NCBI GenBank assembly: GCA_029721355.1
Contig: CM056605.1
Location: 4,406,108-4,470,107 of the forward strand
Length of the DNA stretch: 64,000 nt
Direction of reading: 5' to 3'
From: Tegillarca granosa
Lineage: Eukaryota
In this document: positions 52,306 to 64,000 of the stretch, one piece after another
Layout: every line of letters starts with the position of its first letter
Position numbering within the stretch: the stretch's first letter is position 1
The notes under the pieces: generated by a model
Database searches by the model: none
Seen by the model: the letters and a program-made list of their open reading frames with translations, nothing else
Told to the model about the DNA's origin: nothing
Position numbers and translations under genes: made by a program

Positions 52306-52434
52306 TGTCATGTGCTGATTTTGAATTTCTATTAAAATAATGTATTCAAAATCAGCACATGACAACAGTTTTCATGTGCTGATTTTATATGCATTACATG
52401 TATTTTAATAGAAATTCAAAATCAGCACATGACA
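52306..52434. repeat. Nested foldback: a 34-bp perfect inverted repeat with an internal duplicated hairpin.
   Basis: 'tgtcatgtgctgattttgaatttctattaaaata' (52306-52339) and its exact reverse complement (52401-52434). Between them lie the reverse complement and then a forward copy of the core 'catgtgctgatttt', so the core occurs four times in alternating orientation. It lies 425 bp downstream of the GPCR stop. Confidence 0.85.
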
Positions 52435-53429
52435 GATTTGATTTACACAACAAGACTCTAAATTAACTGCTTCAGCAAATTTTCTCGAAGAATTTAAGCC
52501 TTGTGAGTTTGAGGGCGAAATCACAGCTTCATCACGGCAATTTATTCGAAATCCAATTCTGAAAGACTGAATATTGGTACATTTATGATTTAACCCATGG
52601 ATACATAAGTCAAGTTAAGTAACATATATCTATAATGGTTTACGTTAGCCTCAGTGATAAAATTAATCAAATCAATATTAGAACTTTGTTTAATTTGAAG
52701 AAGTCATATATGTGTTTTTACTGTAGAATATCGTTTATCTAAGAAGCGATTAACTGACAGATTTGATCTGTCATATATAAGGTATCCTGCTCGTTGTCAT
52801 TTATATTCTGACGCACAAACAGTTAACGATCTTCTTACTACATTATAAGCCAGACACGACACATAGGGATCACGTAAAAAGCGTTATACTGGCAAATTAC
52901 AAGCTTGTCAAATCTAATAAACCCCCTACTTTGCTTTCTCTATACCAAGTTTTAAGGTAATTGATGTAGAAATAAAAGGATGTGTTACGTCTGTAATCCC
53001 ATGAGCAAGAAATATCCATATTTTATTTAGATTTTAAAAATTAGTTGGGAAATCTTTTTTAAAAATTTTCGCTGTAAATTTAAGTCGCACTCTGGTTAAA
53101 AAAAATAAGGTCATGACTTACTTTCTACATCGCAAAGAGCTAATAAATGAAAAAGGAACGGTAAAACAAATAAAATAATCGAAATCTTTAAAAATATTTC
53201 CGTTTATATGGGTTTATAGACAATTCTGAGACAATGAGTTTTTCTTAATCATTTTATTCCTCCTTTAAAAGCATTTAAGGTACTAATGCAGATTTCTAAT
53301 TTAACGCTGATCGTCCCAACAGCGTCACGATATTATTGTCGAGCCATAAGGCGAGACTTACCTGTTACTTTTCCGGTGACTCGATCAAAAACTAACCAGG
53401 CGAGACATTTAAATCTGTGGAATTCTTGC

Positions 53430-53530
<101 letters not shown>

Positions 53531-53810
53531 TACATTACAATATATCACAGTGGCTAGTTTTAGTTGTTAAGTCTGTCGTTAAGTATTTACATATTTGACT
53601 GGTAATAAATGTTTCTTTGATAAAACAGGATTGCAATAAATCCTTTTAATATATGGCAATTTGGTTTATTATAGAAAACACCAGATTGATGGACAACATG
53701 ATAGAAGCTGGATATTAGGGCCACTTGGTTTCTACAGAATTTATTCCAGAAATCAACAAATGTGTTTTTTAAAGTTATTTATGATCGTAAAAAGACGCAT
53801 CAAACTCGTT

Positions 53811-53935
53811 GTATAACATTACACCATGGTAACCATCTCGTCGTTACATCATTGTTATTATCTCGTCGTTACACCATGGTTACCATCTCGTCGTTACACC
53901 AAGGTTACCTTCTCGTCGTTACATTAGGTACTTGC
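53811..53935. repeat. 25-bp tandem repeat, about 4.5 copies.
   Basis: Unit 'ttaccatctcgtcgttacaccatgg', variant '..acatcattgttattatctcgtcg'. Confidence 0.75.
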
Positions 53936-54326
53936 TTTCAAACTCTTGATGTTTTTTAAAATCAATTGTCCAATTGATGTTAATGCATTCTTGATTTTTT
54001 CATTCTATCGATTTTGGGTTCTCCCTTTCTTTTCCTTTCATTTTGGTCCATGCGTATTGTGTTTTGTTCCTAGGATGTGAGTTTTGTGTTCTGGTCTTGG
54101 TACATGCGTACATGCGTTGTGTGTTTTGTTTTGGTACATCAGTTAGTGCTCTGTTCTTGATGCTTGAGTTTTGGTCATGGTAAATATGTTCAGTGTTCGG
54201 TTTTTGGTATATAATCTTGGTATGCTGTTAAAAGTACTTGCGTATTTTCTGTTTTTAATGTGTTTTTAGTTCAGCTTGTCTTTAAATCTACGTTTGTTGT
54301 TATGTTCTAGGTATGTACATTTACAA

Positions 54327-54360
<34 letters not shown>

Positions 54361-56247
54361 TTCTCTCTTAGTAAACACGTTTTGTGTTTTTCTTTTCCAA
54401 AATTCATTTTAAGTGTTCGTAAGGCGATAAACACTAGTTTATTTAGATAATTTTAATTATAGGATGAATAATCCAACTTATTTATTTACTTGGCTGTACC
54501 TTCAAACATCCACTTAAATAAATATTTTTATTAATGGAAATTACGTCACACGAAAAGTGACATAATTTGCGAAACAAGCTCACTAAATCGTAAAAAGCAT
54601 TGATTTTATCGGAAGTGGTACGAAAATGTGGAATATCTTTACCCTTGCATTGCATTTGATTATAAATCATATTTACCCAAAAACCATAACAACTTATTTT
54701 ATAGCCTTAATTCATATAATAAACGCACGTGGTTGTGCATGCATGTGCCCTCAATTCTTTCTGATGTTCTGCTAGCAAGTCTTTACTTTTGCGTTGGGAA
54801 AAAAAACAAAGAAAACCATTTAACAGTAAAATCATGTTTTTTAAAAAAACGTATCTGAATATAATACACTTGACAACAATCTGAGTCAAATTTGAACAAA
54901 CACTAAATACGGTGACAAATAAACTGATAAAATATTTTGTTTCGATATTTTTGCGGCAATCGGAATGTACATTTTTAAACATATTTTAAACTTGAAATAT
55001 CACACTTTCATATCGGAATTCTTCTAATTTTTCATTCCTTTTACACTGTAACACATCTTTTATGTAGGGTATAAGGTATTTTTCGGGATGTATAATCCAA
55101 ACATACAATGTTTTTAACCCAAAGGTATAATTACCTGTTATAATAATTAAGACGATACAATATTTTGACGTACTTATGAATTATAAATAAAGTATATAGT
55201 GTTTTATAGGCGTATTGTCACATTTCTCGTGGTCTGTACTGCACTATCAGATAATAATTCATCATTATATATTGATATTTGTTTTGTTTTGTAAAATAAA
55301 CAAGAATTAAAACAAATATAGTAGCTAAATGATATAAACTTGGCTTATTTCAAAGCTGATATAAAATTGCTAAATAGTTAATAGCTCATCTGTATTCATG
55401 ATGAGGTATTTGTTCAATAAGCTTGTAGAATTTGTGTAGAAAATACAGAAAAATTATTTCTAAATCAAGCTGCATTTTCCCGACAAAAGATTTTTTTGAA
55501 AAGACAGATTATTATTTAAATTATAAATATTAGGGAGACTGATTTACATAAGAGAATACTTCTCTTGTTTCAGAATCCCATATTATTGTGATGTAAAATA
55601 ATTGTATGTAATGAAGAGACAATAAAATATTGTTTAAACTAAATTATAAATATTCCAGTAAAATATCGTCGATACGGATTGACTGATTAATGGCGCATAC
55701 CAATTAACACCTGTATTTACGATTTTACCTGTAATGAATAATGACTCTAAAAATAAAGCGTATATTTGAGTATCAGGTGAAATAATCAATTGAGTATTAG
55801 AAGTATTTGCTAATACATGGCAATAAAATGCTAAAAATATGACACAACAATCAAATTAACACGTATTAATGACCATTCCCGACAAAGTGAAGTAAACGAC
55901 GGACTTGAAAACCCAGTCATAATCAAAGAAGTCAGTTCAAGGATACTGGATGAATTCGGATTTATGGAAGAAAAATTACGACCTTTCGCAGTTATCTAAG
56001 ATTTAAACCGAGAGAGATTCAAGCCTGTGATCCGTGTGGTGACTTTTGACAGGTACTGATTATAATGACAATAGTATCGACCAGGTAGTGTGGTTAAATT
56101 TCATTATATCGTCAACAGAATGTTTAACATTACATCATGTACAACTGATAAAAAAGGGAGAGAGTTGATTATTATAACTGCATTAGCAATTCTGAAAAAT
56201 AGAAACAACAAAGATCACAAATTAAGAAACATAAATGCACTACAATG

Positions 56248-56249
<2 letters not shown>

Positions 56250-56311
<62 letters not shown>
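56250..56311. repeat. (AC)n microsatellite.
   Basis: About 30 AC repeats. It generates the artefactual ORF 56245-56673, which begins MNTHTHTHTH... Confidence 0.95.
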
Positions 56312-56313
<2 letters not shown>

Positions 56314-56474
56314 GAACACACAAAAACGTCATTGATACTAAATCATTCTAATTTCGAGAAGCACCAAATAGTACTGATGCTTGTTACTCAACTTTTATGT
56401 GTCACTTTTTCTTATTTTACAAAAAAAATATATGCAAACTCATATGGCATACACATGCATACACAGTCAATGAT

Positions 56475-56638
56475 TCGTCTGCCTCGACAGTGGGAGGTCA
56501 TGGGTTGGAACACCCCTCATTTCGTACTTTTCAAAATTTTAAAATTGTTATTTCGTTTTGTGCTCGGCATTGAGAGAACAGAGTATCAACTGATTTACCG
56601 ATGTCAGTATAATGTGACTAGGGAGTGGTATATTTCCC
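56475..56638 (+). mobile_element. SINE-like family B, second copy.
   Basis: '..gctcggcattgagagaacagagtatcaactgatttaccgatgtcagtataatgtga..' matches 4570-4640. Confidence 0.6.
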
Positions 56639-57305
56639 TACTTTTTGAGCTCTGTAAAAGTGAATGCACTTAAGTACAAGCAAGCAATGGAACGCATTTT
56701 ACATCTCAAGCATACGGGAACTTGCTCCTGGATTAATATATAAGGATAAATAGACGTTTTGAACCAGGAATACAGCAGTGTTCTTAATCGTGCCATGCCT
56801 AGCGTGACACGGGATCTAGTGTATTTTAAGTTCCCATCCGAAAGAACCGTGACTTTCATTCCGTAATGCCGAGTGCTTGACGAAAGAACAGTCACAACAC
56901 ACTTTCAAGGGTTAGAACCCACGCCCTCTAACACTTCTAGAGGTGTTCAAAAAGTGTAAAACGACAAGAAGGTAATGTTCTAATAAAACCGAATGTCATA
57001 AAAATGTGTTATTGTAATATTATTAATGGCCATTTTGATAAAGGGTAAGTCACTTCATGTTTTTTTTTATTTACTTCCCACAGATATAGTTCAGCTTCTA
57101 TTGTCGTAATAAGTATTATTTGTTAATCAGACACATATATATGTCAATCATCACAAGTCTTATCGTGATGTCAGTGTATAAATCAGCTATAAACATTTCA
57201 TGATATAGGAGAGTATTGACGAGAAAGAGTTTTATATACAAGACCTACGACCTGATCTCAAATGTCTCGTCTTGTTAGTCTGTAAAGCATATATCATACC
57301 TGAAA

Positions 57306-57546
57306 AGAGTGGAGTGGAGTGAAGTAATGGTGTTTTACGCCCCAGTCAAGATTCTTTCACTTATTTCGAGGCGGTCAGTTCTGGGATGGTGGAGGAAACC
57401 GGAGTGCCCGGAGAAAACCATCGACCCTCGGCAAGCGAATTAACAAACTTTCTTACACTAGGATCTGTCCCGAGTGAGATTCGAACCAAGGCGGTGACAG
57501 GCGCTGTGTTCGTAAGCGCGCGCTTTAGACCACTCGGCCACCTTAC
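57306..57546 (-). mobile_element. tRNA-derived SINE, family A, full-length copy in inverse orientation to 26238-26480.
   Basis: Its reverse complement begins 'ggtaaggtggccgagtggtctaaagcgcgcgcttacgaacacagcgcctgtcaccgccttggttcgaatc' and ends '..gactggggcgtaaaacaccattacttcactccactcc'. Confidence 0.8.
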
Positions 57547-59817
57547 CTGATAAGGACATCATACATAAAGATTGCGAAATTATACAGTAACGTACTAAAA
57601 CCAAGTATTTCGTCACAGTTCATTCGAGCATTTAATCATATAAATTAACATTAAAAAACATTATAGAACATATAAGTAAGAAGGGCAACGATTATTATTT
57701 TCACGACTTCGGACGATCACTTACTTATCGAAGACCTAATTTAAGTACTTGTGTACTTAACATTTTTATATAATATTTTTTAGTTCATGAGCCTCAAAAA
57801 TAAGTAGAAAACCTATTTCAAGCTAAGTTTATTATCCATTTTATATGTTTCTTTTATTTGTTTACTTGTTGATCGTTAATTATACCAGTCATGTAATAAA
57901 TCTTTAAACCTAGTTGATAAAAAAGGGGGCGTCTAGCTTTTTTAAAGTTCTATATTCCGTATTCCAAGCAGACTTTTTATACGATGTGATTTATTCTCAA
58001 GGGCAAAAGCGTATAATTCCAATAGCCATATATATTGTCCGACTTTGGTATTATATATATATATATTTCCTCATCGTAGTTTAGCTGTTGGTTTTTCATT
58101 ATCGCAAATATCAATTGACTATATGTAAGAAGTGTAGCCTACTTAATCAAAAGATACTGACATTGGTTTTGTTAAAGAAATGAAAGTCAATTTTCCCTGT
58201 TGAAACAAAAACATGGTCGGAGTGGAATCGGAACACGAGTGGGTGAGAAAGAAAATAAATAACTGAGATTTATCACACAACATCATTAATCATTTACTCC
58301 TATGAACGCGCTGTTCTTGATAATCAATTGCCCAGAATCATTAATTTTTTTATTCTTACTTTGTGTATGTCTTTAATTGCTAGCTTTGAATGACCAATGG
58401 TCAACAGACGTAAAGGAAATATTTTACTTGCGATACCCAAACTTTCTGGTTGCCTAGATGCTAGGTTTACACTGTTTTACACTGACATAATGATCTATAT
58501 ACGTTTTGGAACGGAAAAATCAATAAACGACTTTTAAATGTTTAAAATACACTATTACCTATTAAGATAGTGGCCTTACTTTGTTTATACTAAAGAATGT
58601 TTTCGATTTCTTATTAACAGGTTCAATAAACGCAACATTATGACATTTGACCCAGTAACCTAGATCAACGATAACTTAAAAGCTCTTCGCTTTCAGCAAC
58701 ATCTATTTCAATTGGAAGACTGAATGTTTCTTATAAAAATAGACGATAAATTAATTTTTAACATCATATCCTCAAACATTGAAGATAGGGTAATTAAACT
58801 GCTTTTTGTCACGATTGTTCGTTTAACTCAGCTTGACCAAATAGTTGATTGTTAATACTTACTCTGCTTAACTTCAATTTTACACGGTGGGATACGTATT
58901 ACAATAATGGTCTTTATATTTTAATAATCATTTAACTAATTTTTAAAAAAAAAAAAAAAAAACTATTGAACATACAGTGAATTTGAATTCGGTTTTTTGG
59001 ATAATTGGATAATGTGGTTTAAGAGAGAGAGAGAGAGAGAGACAGAGAGAGAGACAGAGAGAACCCGTACCTTAATGCAGACAATAATAGAATAAAGTCT
59101 AGTGTTTAGACGAATTACACTATTTTTTGGTAGTTCTTTTGGTTAAGTACAATGTATAAAAAACGGTCAAAAGAGGTAATATAACAAAAAAAAATTAATG
59201 ATGAAAGTAACAAAAAAAAAAATTTTTTTATTGTGAATTAAAAACAATATTGGCAAAAATAATGAACAAAAATTTCTTCACTAAAAAATCTGGAACATGA
59301 TAATATGTTGATAATCTTTTATGTTAAGTAAGGTCATGGATTCGTACACTGTTATGAATGCACTGTTGACTGGATAAATAATGTCAAAAACAATAAACAA
59401 AGAAAAGTCATTGATATATAATGTTCAAATTGATTGAATCGTTGAACCGCACACATGGTAAAAACATGTCCCAAACCATGATACTTTGACATCAAGGGTA
59501 AAAAAAGTTAACATAACCGCACTTCTAAATGATAAATAAGATCAAAATTGTAAAAAAAAAAATTACCAAACCTGAACTATCGTTAAATGTGTCTGAAAAA
59601 TGAAAAATGAGAACATTACCGAGTGCAACTTCTCACAGTAAGGAAACATCTTGGTCAAGTGGTCTCCATTGTTTTTATTGTGGTTGTTGTATAAACAAAA
59701 TTGAATTAAATTATAATTAGTTAATGTCTGACTATTTTGAAACTTGGGTTTCTTGGTGAACGATATAAAAATATTGGTTGCCATACTTTTAATTTTTCAT
59801 TGTATGTGTTTCTCTGG

Positions 59818-59892
<75 letters not shown>
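59818..59892. repeat. (AT)n microsatellite.
   Basis: About 37 AT repeats. Confidence 0.95.
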
Positions 59893-59894
<2 letters not shown>

Positions 59895-60353
59895 CCGTGG
59901 CAATTTCATTTTTTATCCTCAAGTCCTTTGAGAGATGAATTCCATTGGGGATGAATTATCACAATCGAACAATTTCGACATTTCAAAAAAAATCTCCCTG
60001 TCTTCGCTCACATTCGAAACCCAAGAGCTTGGCCATTAAAAATCACCCACTGCTACGGTTTCCTCCGTTTCGGATGCAGAAATTGTAGTTCCAACAATCT
60101 TTGAATGCAAATAAACTTTCAATCTAAACTATTTTGCAAATTTTAACTTCCGGTCTTGCACTGTCAACTTCCATAATTGAAATTGTGCCACATAGTTGCA
60201 AATGGTCTATACACACGTTACTAATTCGCAGTATTTATGGTGTGGGGTAACCACAGGGGGTTTTGGTTTGAAAACTAATATTGTTTTCAGATATATTGGT
60301 GATATTTTCGCGATTTTTCTTTAAATCAATGTATTTATGAGAATATAAGCTAT

Positions 60354-60388
<35 letters not shown>

Positions 60389-60570
60389 TTGAATATCAAC
60401 AACACAAATGTGTTGTTATTTGTGGGCTATATTTCGCTCGAAAATCGTGTCATCGGTCTTAAATGCACGTTCGTCGTTGTCGTGGCGTCTACTGGACTCT
60501 TCCCAATGTGCATGTATTATAGAAAAGAATTTTTGAGTCTTGAAATCAATCAATATTTAACAAAATTGTG

Positions 60571-60715
60571 ATAATCAAATTGTTTTAAAATAATGTTCAT
60601 TGTCAATATGAATGCAAAAACGTTGCAATGCTAACCAATCATTTTGCTAGCAATTTTTTTGTATTCATATTGACAATAAACATCATTTTAAAAACAGTTC
60701 AATTGTTAAATCAAT
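60571..60715. repeat. Long palindrome of about 145 bp with nested inverted repeats.
   Basis: The outer pair is 'ttgttttaaaataatgttcattgtc' (60580) and 'gacaataaacatcattttaaaaacag' (60670). The inner pair is 'ttgtcaatatgaatgcaaaaa' and 'tttgtattcatattgacaa'. The centre 'gcaatgctaaccaatcattttgctagcaa' is itself partly palindromic. Confidence 0.8.
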
Positions 60716-61341
60716 CACGGTGTTGATATGATTAATACACATTAATGTTGGGGGAGGGGATCCAATAACTATTAATACAAAATATGTGCATAAATGATTG
60801 TTAATGTGAATTTTAACATCTCTATTGTTTTGTTTTTATTTTCAATAAAATTAGATATTTGTCAAGAGAATTTTATGATTTTATTATTTGTATCTAGACA
60901 TCCATGGCTAGAAACAAAACTTCTTTGTGGCTTCAAGGATCCAAAAAGTTAGAAATGTATCATTGTTATGTTATGATAAATATTTTAATGACGGATGCGG
61001 ACAGCCATTTGGTACACTTCTGAAATTAAGGTTGCAGGACTATTGTCACAGATCAGTACAATATGGCGGTACAATAGAATAGAAGCAAACGGTATCTAAA
61101 TCGGATAGAAATGCTTCTGTGTCATATTACAAATTTGTTTAAAGGTACACAAATAATCTACATAATATTGGTTGCTGTGGTGCATTGGTTGGCAATTGCT
61201 ATTTAATGTAAAAAACCGAATGTTTTAAATAAACATCTCTAATAAAGCTTAGGCCATGATGGTATAGTAACCATATGCGTTTGCTGACGGATCACATCAC
61301 TAAACTGGGTTCGAAACCAAACTATTGCAAATTCTGTCAAA

Positions 61342-61600
61342 ATGTAGCAGGTATTTGTTATATATTTATATCAATGTAGCAGGTATTTGTTATATATTTA
61401 TATCAATGTAGCAGGTATTTGTTATATATTTATATCAATGTAGCAGGTATTTGTTATATATTTATATCAATGTAGCAGGTATTTGTTATATATTTATATC
61501 AATGTAGCAGGTATTTGTTATATATTTATATCAATGTAGCAGGTATTTGTTATATATTTATATCAATGTAGCAGGTATTTGTTATATATTTATATCAATT
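61342..61600. repeat. 32-bp tandem repeat of 8 copies, derived from the 3' terminus of the MITE-like family.
   Basis: The unit 'aggtatttgttatatatttatatcaatgtagc' equals the element tail '..caggtatttgt.ttatatattt' plus about 12 bp. Compare 18360-18385, 33715-33745 and 34075-34100 ('ttgttatatatttatatgtag'). Confidence 0.8.
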
Positions 61601-61858
61601 TTTTTGTTGAATGTCAGTGTATTTAATTAGAACTTGGGTATTTCCATCATCTCTGAACGGAATGCCTCAATATAAGCTTCAGAAAGGTTGTTTATAACTC
61701 TAGTAAATTCCTAGTAAAATACACATTTTATTAACGTTAATACTGTTATTTTAAATCATACAAACAAAGCATGACTCTGGTGGAATTGGTGTTTAGAAGC
61801 AATTACTAACTAATAACGTTGTGGTTGCTACAAAAAACTTTTGGCTACAACTATCTTA

Positions 61859-61860
<2 letters not shown>

Positions 61861-61902
<42 letters not shown>
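61861..61902. repeat. (AC)n microsatellite.
   Basis: About 20 AC repeats. Confidence 0.95.
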
Positions 61903-61907
<5 letters not shown>

Positions 61908-63071
61908 CTACATATTCAGGACGAGTAGAAACATATATTTGGAGTAGTTATTTCTAGTATGACATTTTATTTAAAAGAATGCAATGCCAATTATTTCAAT
62001 TTATAAATAATGTTACGATTTTTAGGCGTATGAGATACCACCTCAATTATTTTACAGTAAAGATGAGTTTTACAAATATCTAATTTAATTTTGATTAATA
62101 ATTTAAATTACGGATTAATATGAAGTTTTGGTCGCGAAATAAAATCTAGATAGACCATAAAAATAACTAACAAAGGGCAATTGGAAAAGGTTTAATGTGC
62201 CAGAACAAAAGCTCATAAATTAAGCAGAAGCGACAAAGATTGCCACTGGCATATTGACATCATTTACATATTGACCGTTACTTAAAACAAAAGTACCTTG
62301 CAGTTTATTCTGTCGTCATTCCAACGACTTTACCACTAACAGTAACAATAACACAAACGTGTTTATAAATATTTACACATTAGCTATCAGACTATGTTCC
62401 AGCTTTATTCTTAATCAGAATACTTCATTGGTGATATATGTCTCCTTCAGTTATAATAACCATCTTTATACTGCTTACTTGGTTTATTTATAAACTTTGG
62501 AGTATTGATTTTTAGCAAGTTTATTGTAAACATCACTGAAGTAAACAACTTGCGTAATCCTGAGACGGCGCGTAATTGTTTACGAAGAAAATTTTTTTAG
62601 GAAACCATCTATAATTCGGTAATATTAAGCTTTTCTAATTGTCTTCAGAAATATCATCATTTTGAGTTTAAGATAAGCCGCGTCACTTATGTCAGGTATG
62701 CTCTTTGAAAATGTTCATTATATTGTCAAATTAATGTTTTACAAGGCTGTATTTACCAATTATCATATATTTTTATAACAAGCTCAAAATCAGGACTTTC
62801 TAAGTTTATATAATCTTCCTTTATATTATATCAAATTAAACATTTTATGAAGCTGGAATGCTACGTGCTGATATTAAGTCTTCAGTCAAATCGCCTCGTT
62901 TCAACACGCTTTATATGACATAAACGTGACCTTAGGCCGTCTGTATTTGTCGCCAAAGTACAGTTATATGTGAGTAGTAAATGTTTTATATCTGTTATAA
63001 AAAGGATTGTTGTTCATTTTCCATGACGCCTTTCCGAGCTTCACATATTTCATTTGTTTTAATAAAAAAAT

Positions 63072-63097
63072 TAGATAGATAGATAGATAGATAGATA
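63072..63097. repeat. (GATA)n microsatellite.
   Basis: 6 GATA repeats. Confidence 0.9.
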
Positions 63098-63545
63098 AGC
63101 ATTCGGAACAAATTCGACAAAGCAAATAAAACGGAAAAGACGACGAACGTATATAAAAACCACAAATAATGAATCCTGACTTCGGAGAATGAAAGTAGAA
63201 TAAACGACCCAAGGCGGTCAGTTCAAGAATGGTCAAGAAAACCGGAAAACAATCAATCGTAAATTAACAGACCTTTGAAAACAAGATTGACAAACCTTTT
63301 CAAATGATAACATTTTCTGAGTAGAATAAGACCTAATGCTTTAGTCCACTCGATCATCTACTCCATGGGGTTGGGGGGGGGGGGGGGCTAATTATAAAAT
63401 GTGGTCTGATTGTGTAGTTCAATTAAAACGCATTTATTTAAATCCCTCAAAAATAATGTTTTAACTTAAACAAAGTCCATATTTTAACAAATATGATCTT
63501 AGTACATATATTTTGATAATGTATAATTTAAATTTAAATATAGTT

Positions 63546-63607
63546 TTAAAAAATGTTTTTCACCCAGGCGGTGAGGGCACTGCGATCCATAGGCGCACAC
63601 TCTAGAC
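63546..63607 (-). mobile_element. SINE family A head fragment.
   Basis: The reverse complement 'ctcggtggcttggtagtctagagtgtgcgcctatggatcgcagtgccctcaccgcctgggt' parallels the head 'cctcggtggccgagtggtctaaagcgcgcttacggatcatagtgcctctcaccgcctaggtt' of 26238. Confidence 0.55.
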
Positions 63608-64000
63608 TACCAAGCCACCGAGTATATACTACGGGGGCATTGGTTCCTTTTATGTCGTTTTACATCTTATCAACAGTTTCCAGTTGTTCTTGACAAGACA
63701 ATTTTATTAATCGTGGAGATTAAGTTCGAATGATGCGTGAGAAGGTAAGCATATGTTTCTGATCCTCTCACTGAACAAGTGCGCACTTAGGACGACTTTG
63801 AGAATGCTATTTACCAGCTCGCAATGTCGCGAAGGTCTTTGAGGGAATATATGTTTTACTTCTTGTTGAAAGTAGTTACCAACGACATCCCTCACACACT
63901 ATTAGAAAGACACAAAAACAAAAGCAATAAGGCCGACTGGTCAAGTATCAAGTAATTCCAATAGCTTTAATTACTTTTTAATACAATCACAGTAAAGAAA

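Overview
This is an AT-rich, repeat-dense eukaryotic (metazoan) window, probably from a marine invertebrate. The receptor sequence and the transposable-element families suggest a mollusc or other lophotrochozoan, but I am not confident of that. It is not prokaryotic: there is no dense coding, no rRNA or genuine tRNA genes, and no CRISPR array. The only convincing protein-coding gene is an intronless 5-HT1-like biogenic-amine GPCR on the + strand at 50225-51882. All seven transmembrane helices and the family motifs are intact, but the genomic reading frame is broken by two +1 shifts in TM5 and the start of ICL3. This is either a young pseudogene or assembly indels. The rest of the window is satellite DNA and transposable-element debris. 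There are three long satellite arrays, two of which have higher-order repeat structure: a 35-bp unit (3.7 kb, HOR about 875 bp), a 23-bp unit (5.4 kb, HOR about 1301 bp) and a 46-bp unit (1 kb, HOR not examined). A further 146-bp satellite lies at the left edge, and there are several minisatellites (24/39, about 60, 31, 26, 25 and 32 bp units) and many microsatellites. Interspersed repeats include two tRNA-derived SINE families, a MITE-like family with a hairpin head present in at least 8 copies and often as tandem dimers, a LINE reverse transcriptase split by one of those MITEs, a YIDD-motif RT fragment, a mariner-like transposase remnant framed by about 300-bp inverted repeats, three further TIR-bounded MITEs and several long perfect hairpins. 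Recurrent themes are MITE termini abutting or seeding tandem arrays, a stray satellite monomer carrying a (GA)n insert 8 kb from its array, and the GPCR gene sitting within about 0.8 kb of satellite DNA. Every six-frame ORF of 60 aa or more outside the GPCR is a repeat-translation artefact or a TE remnant.
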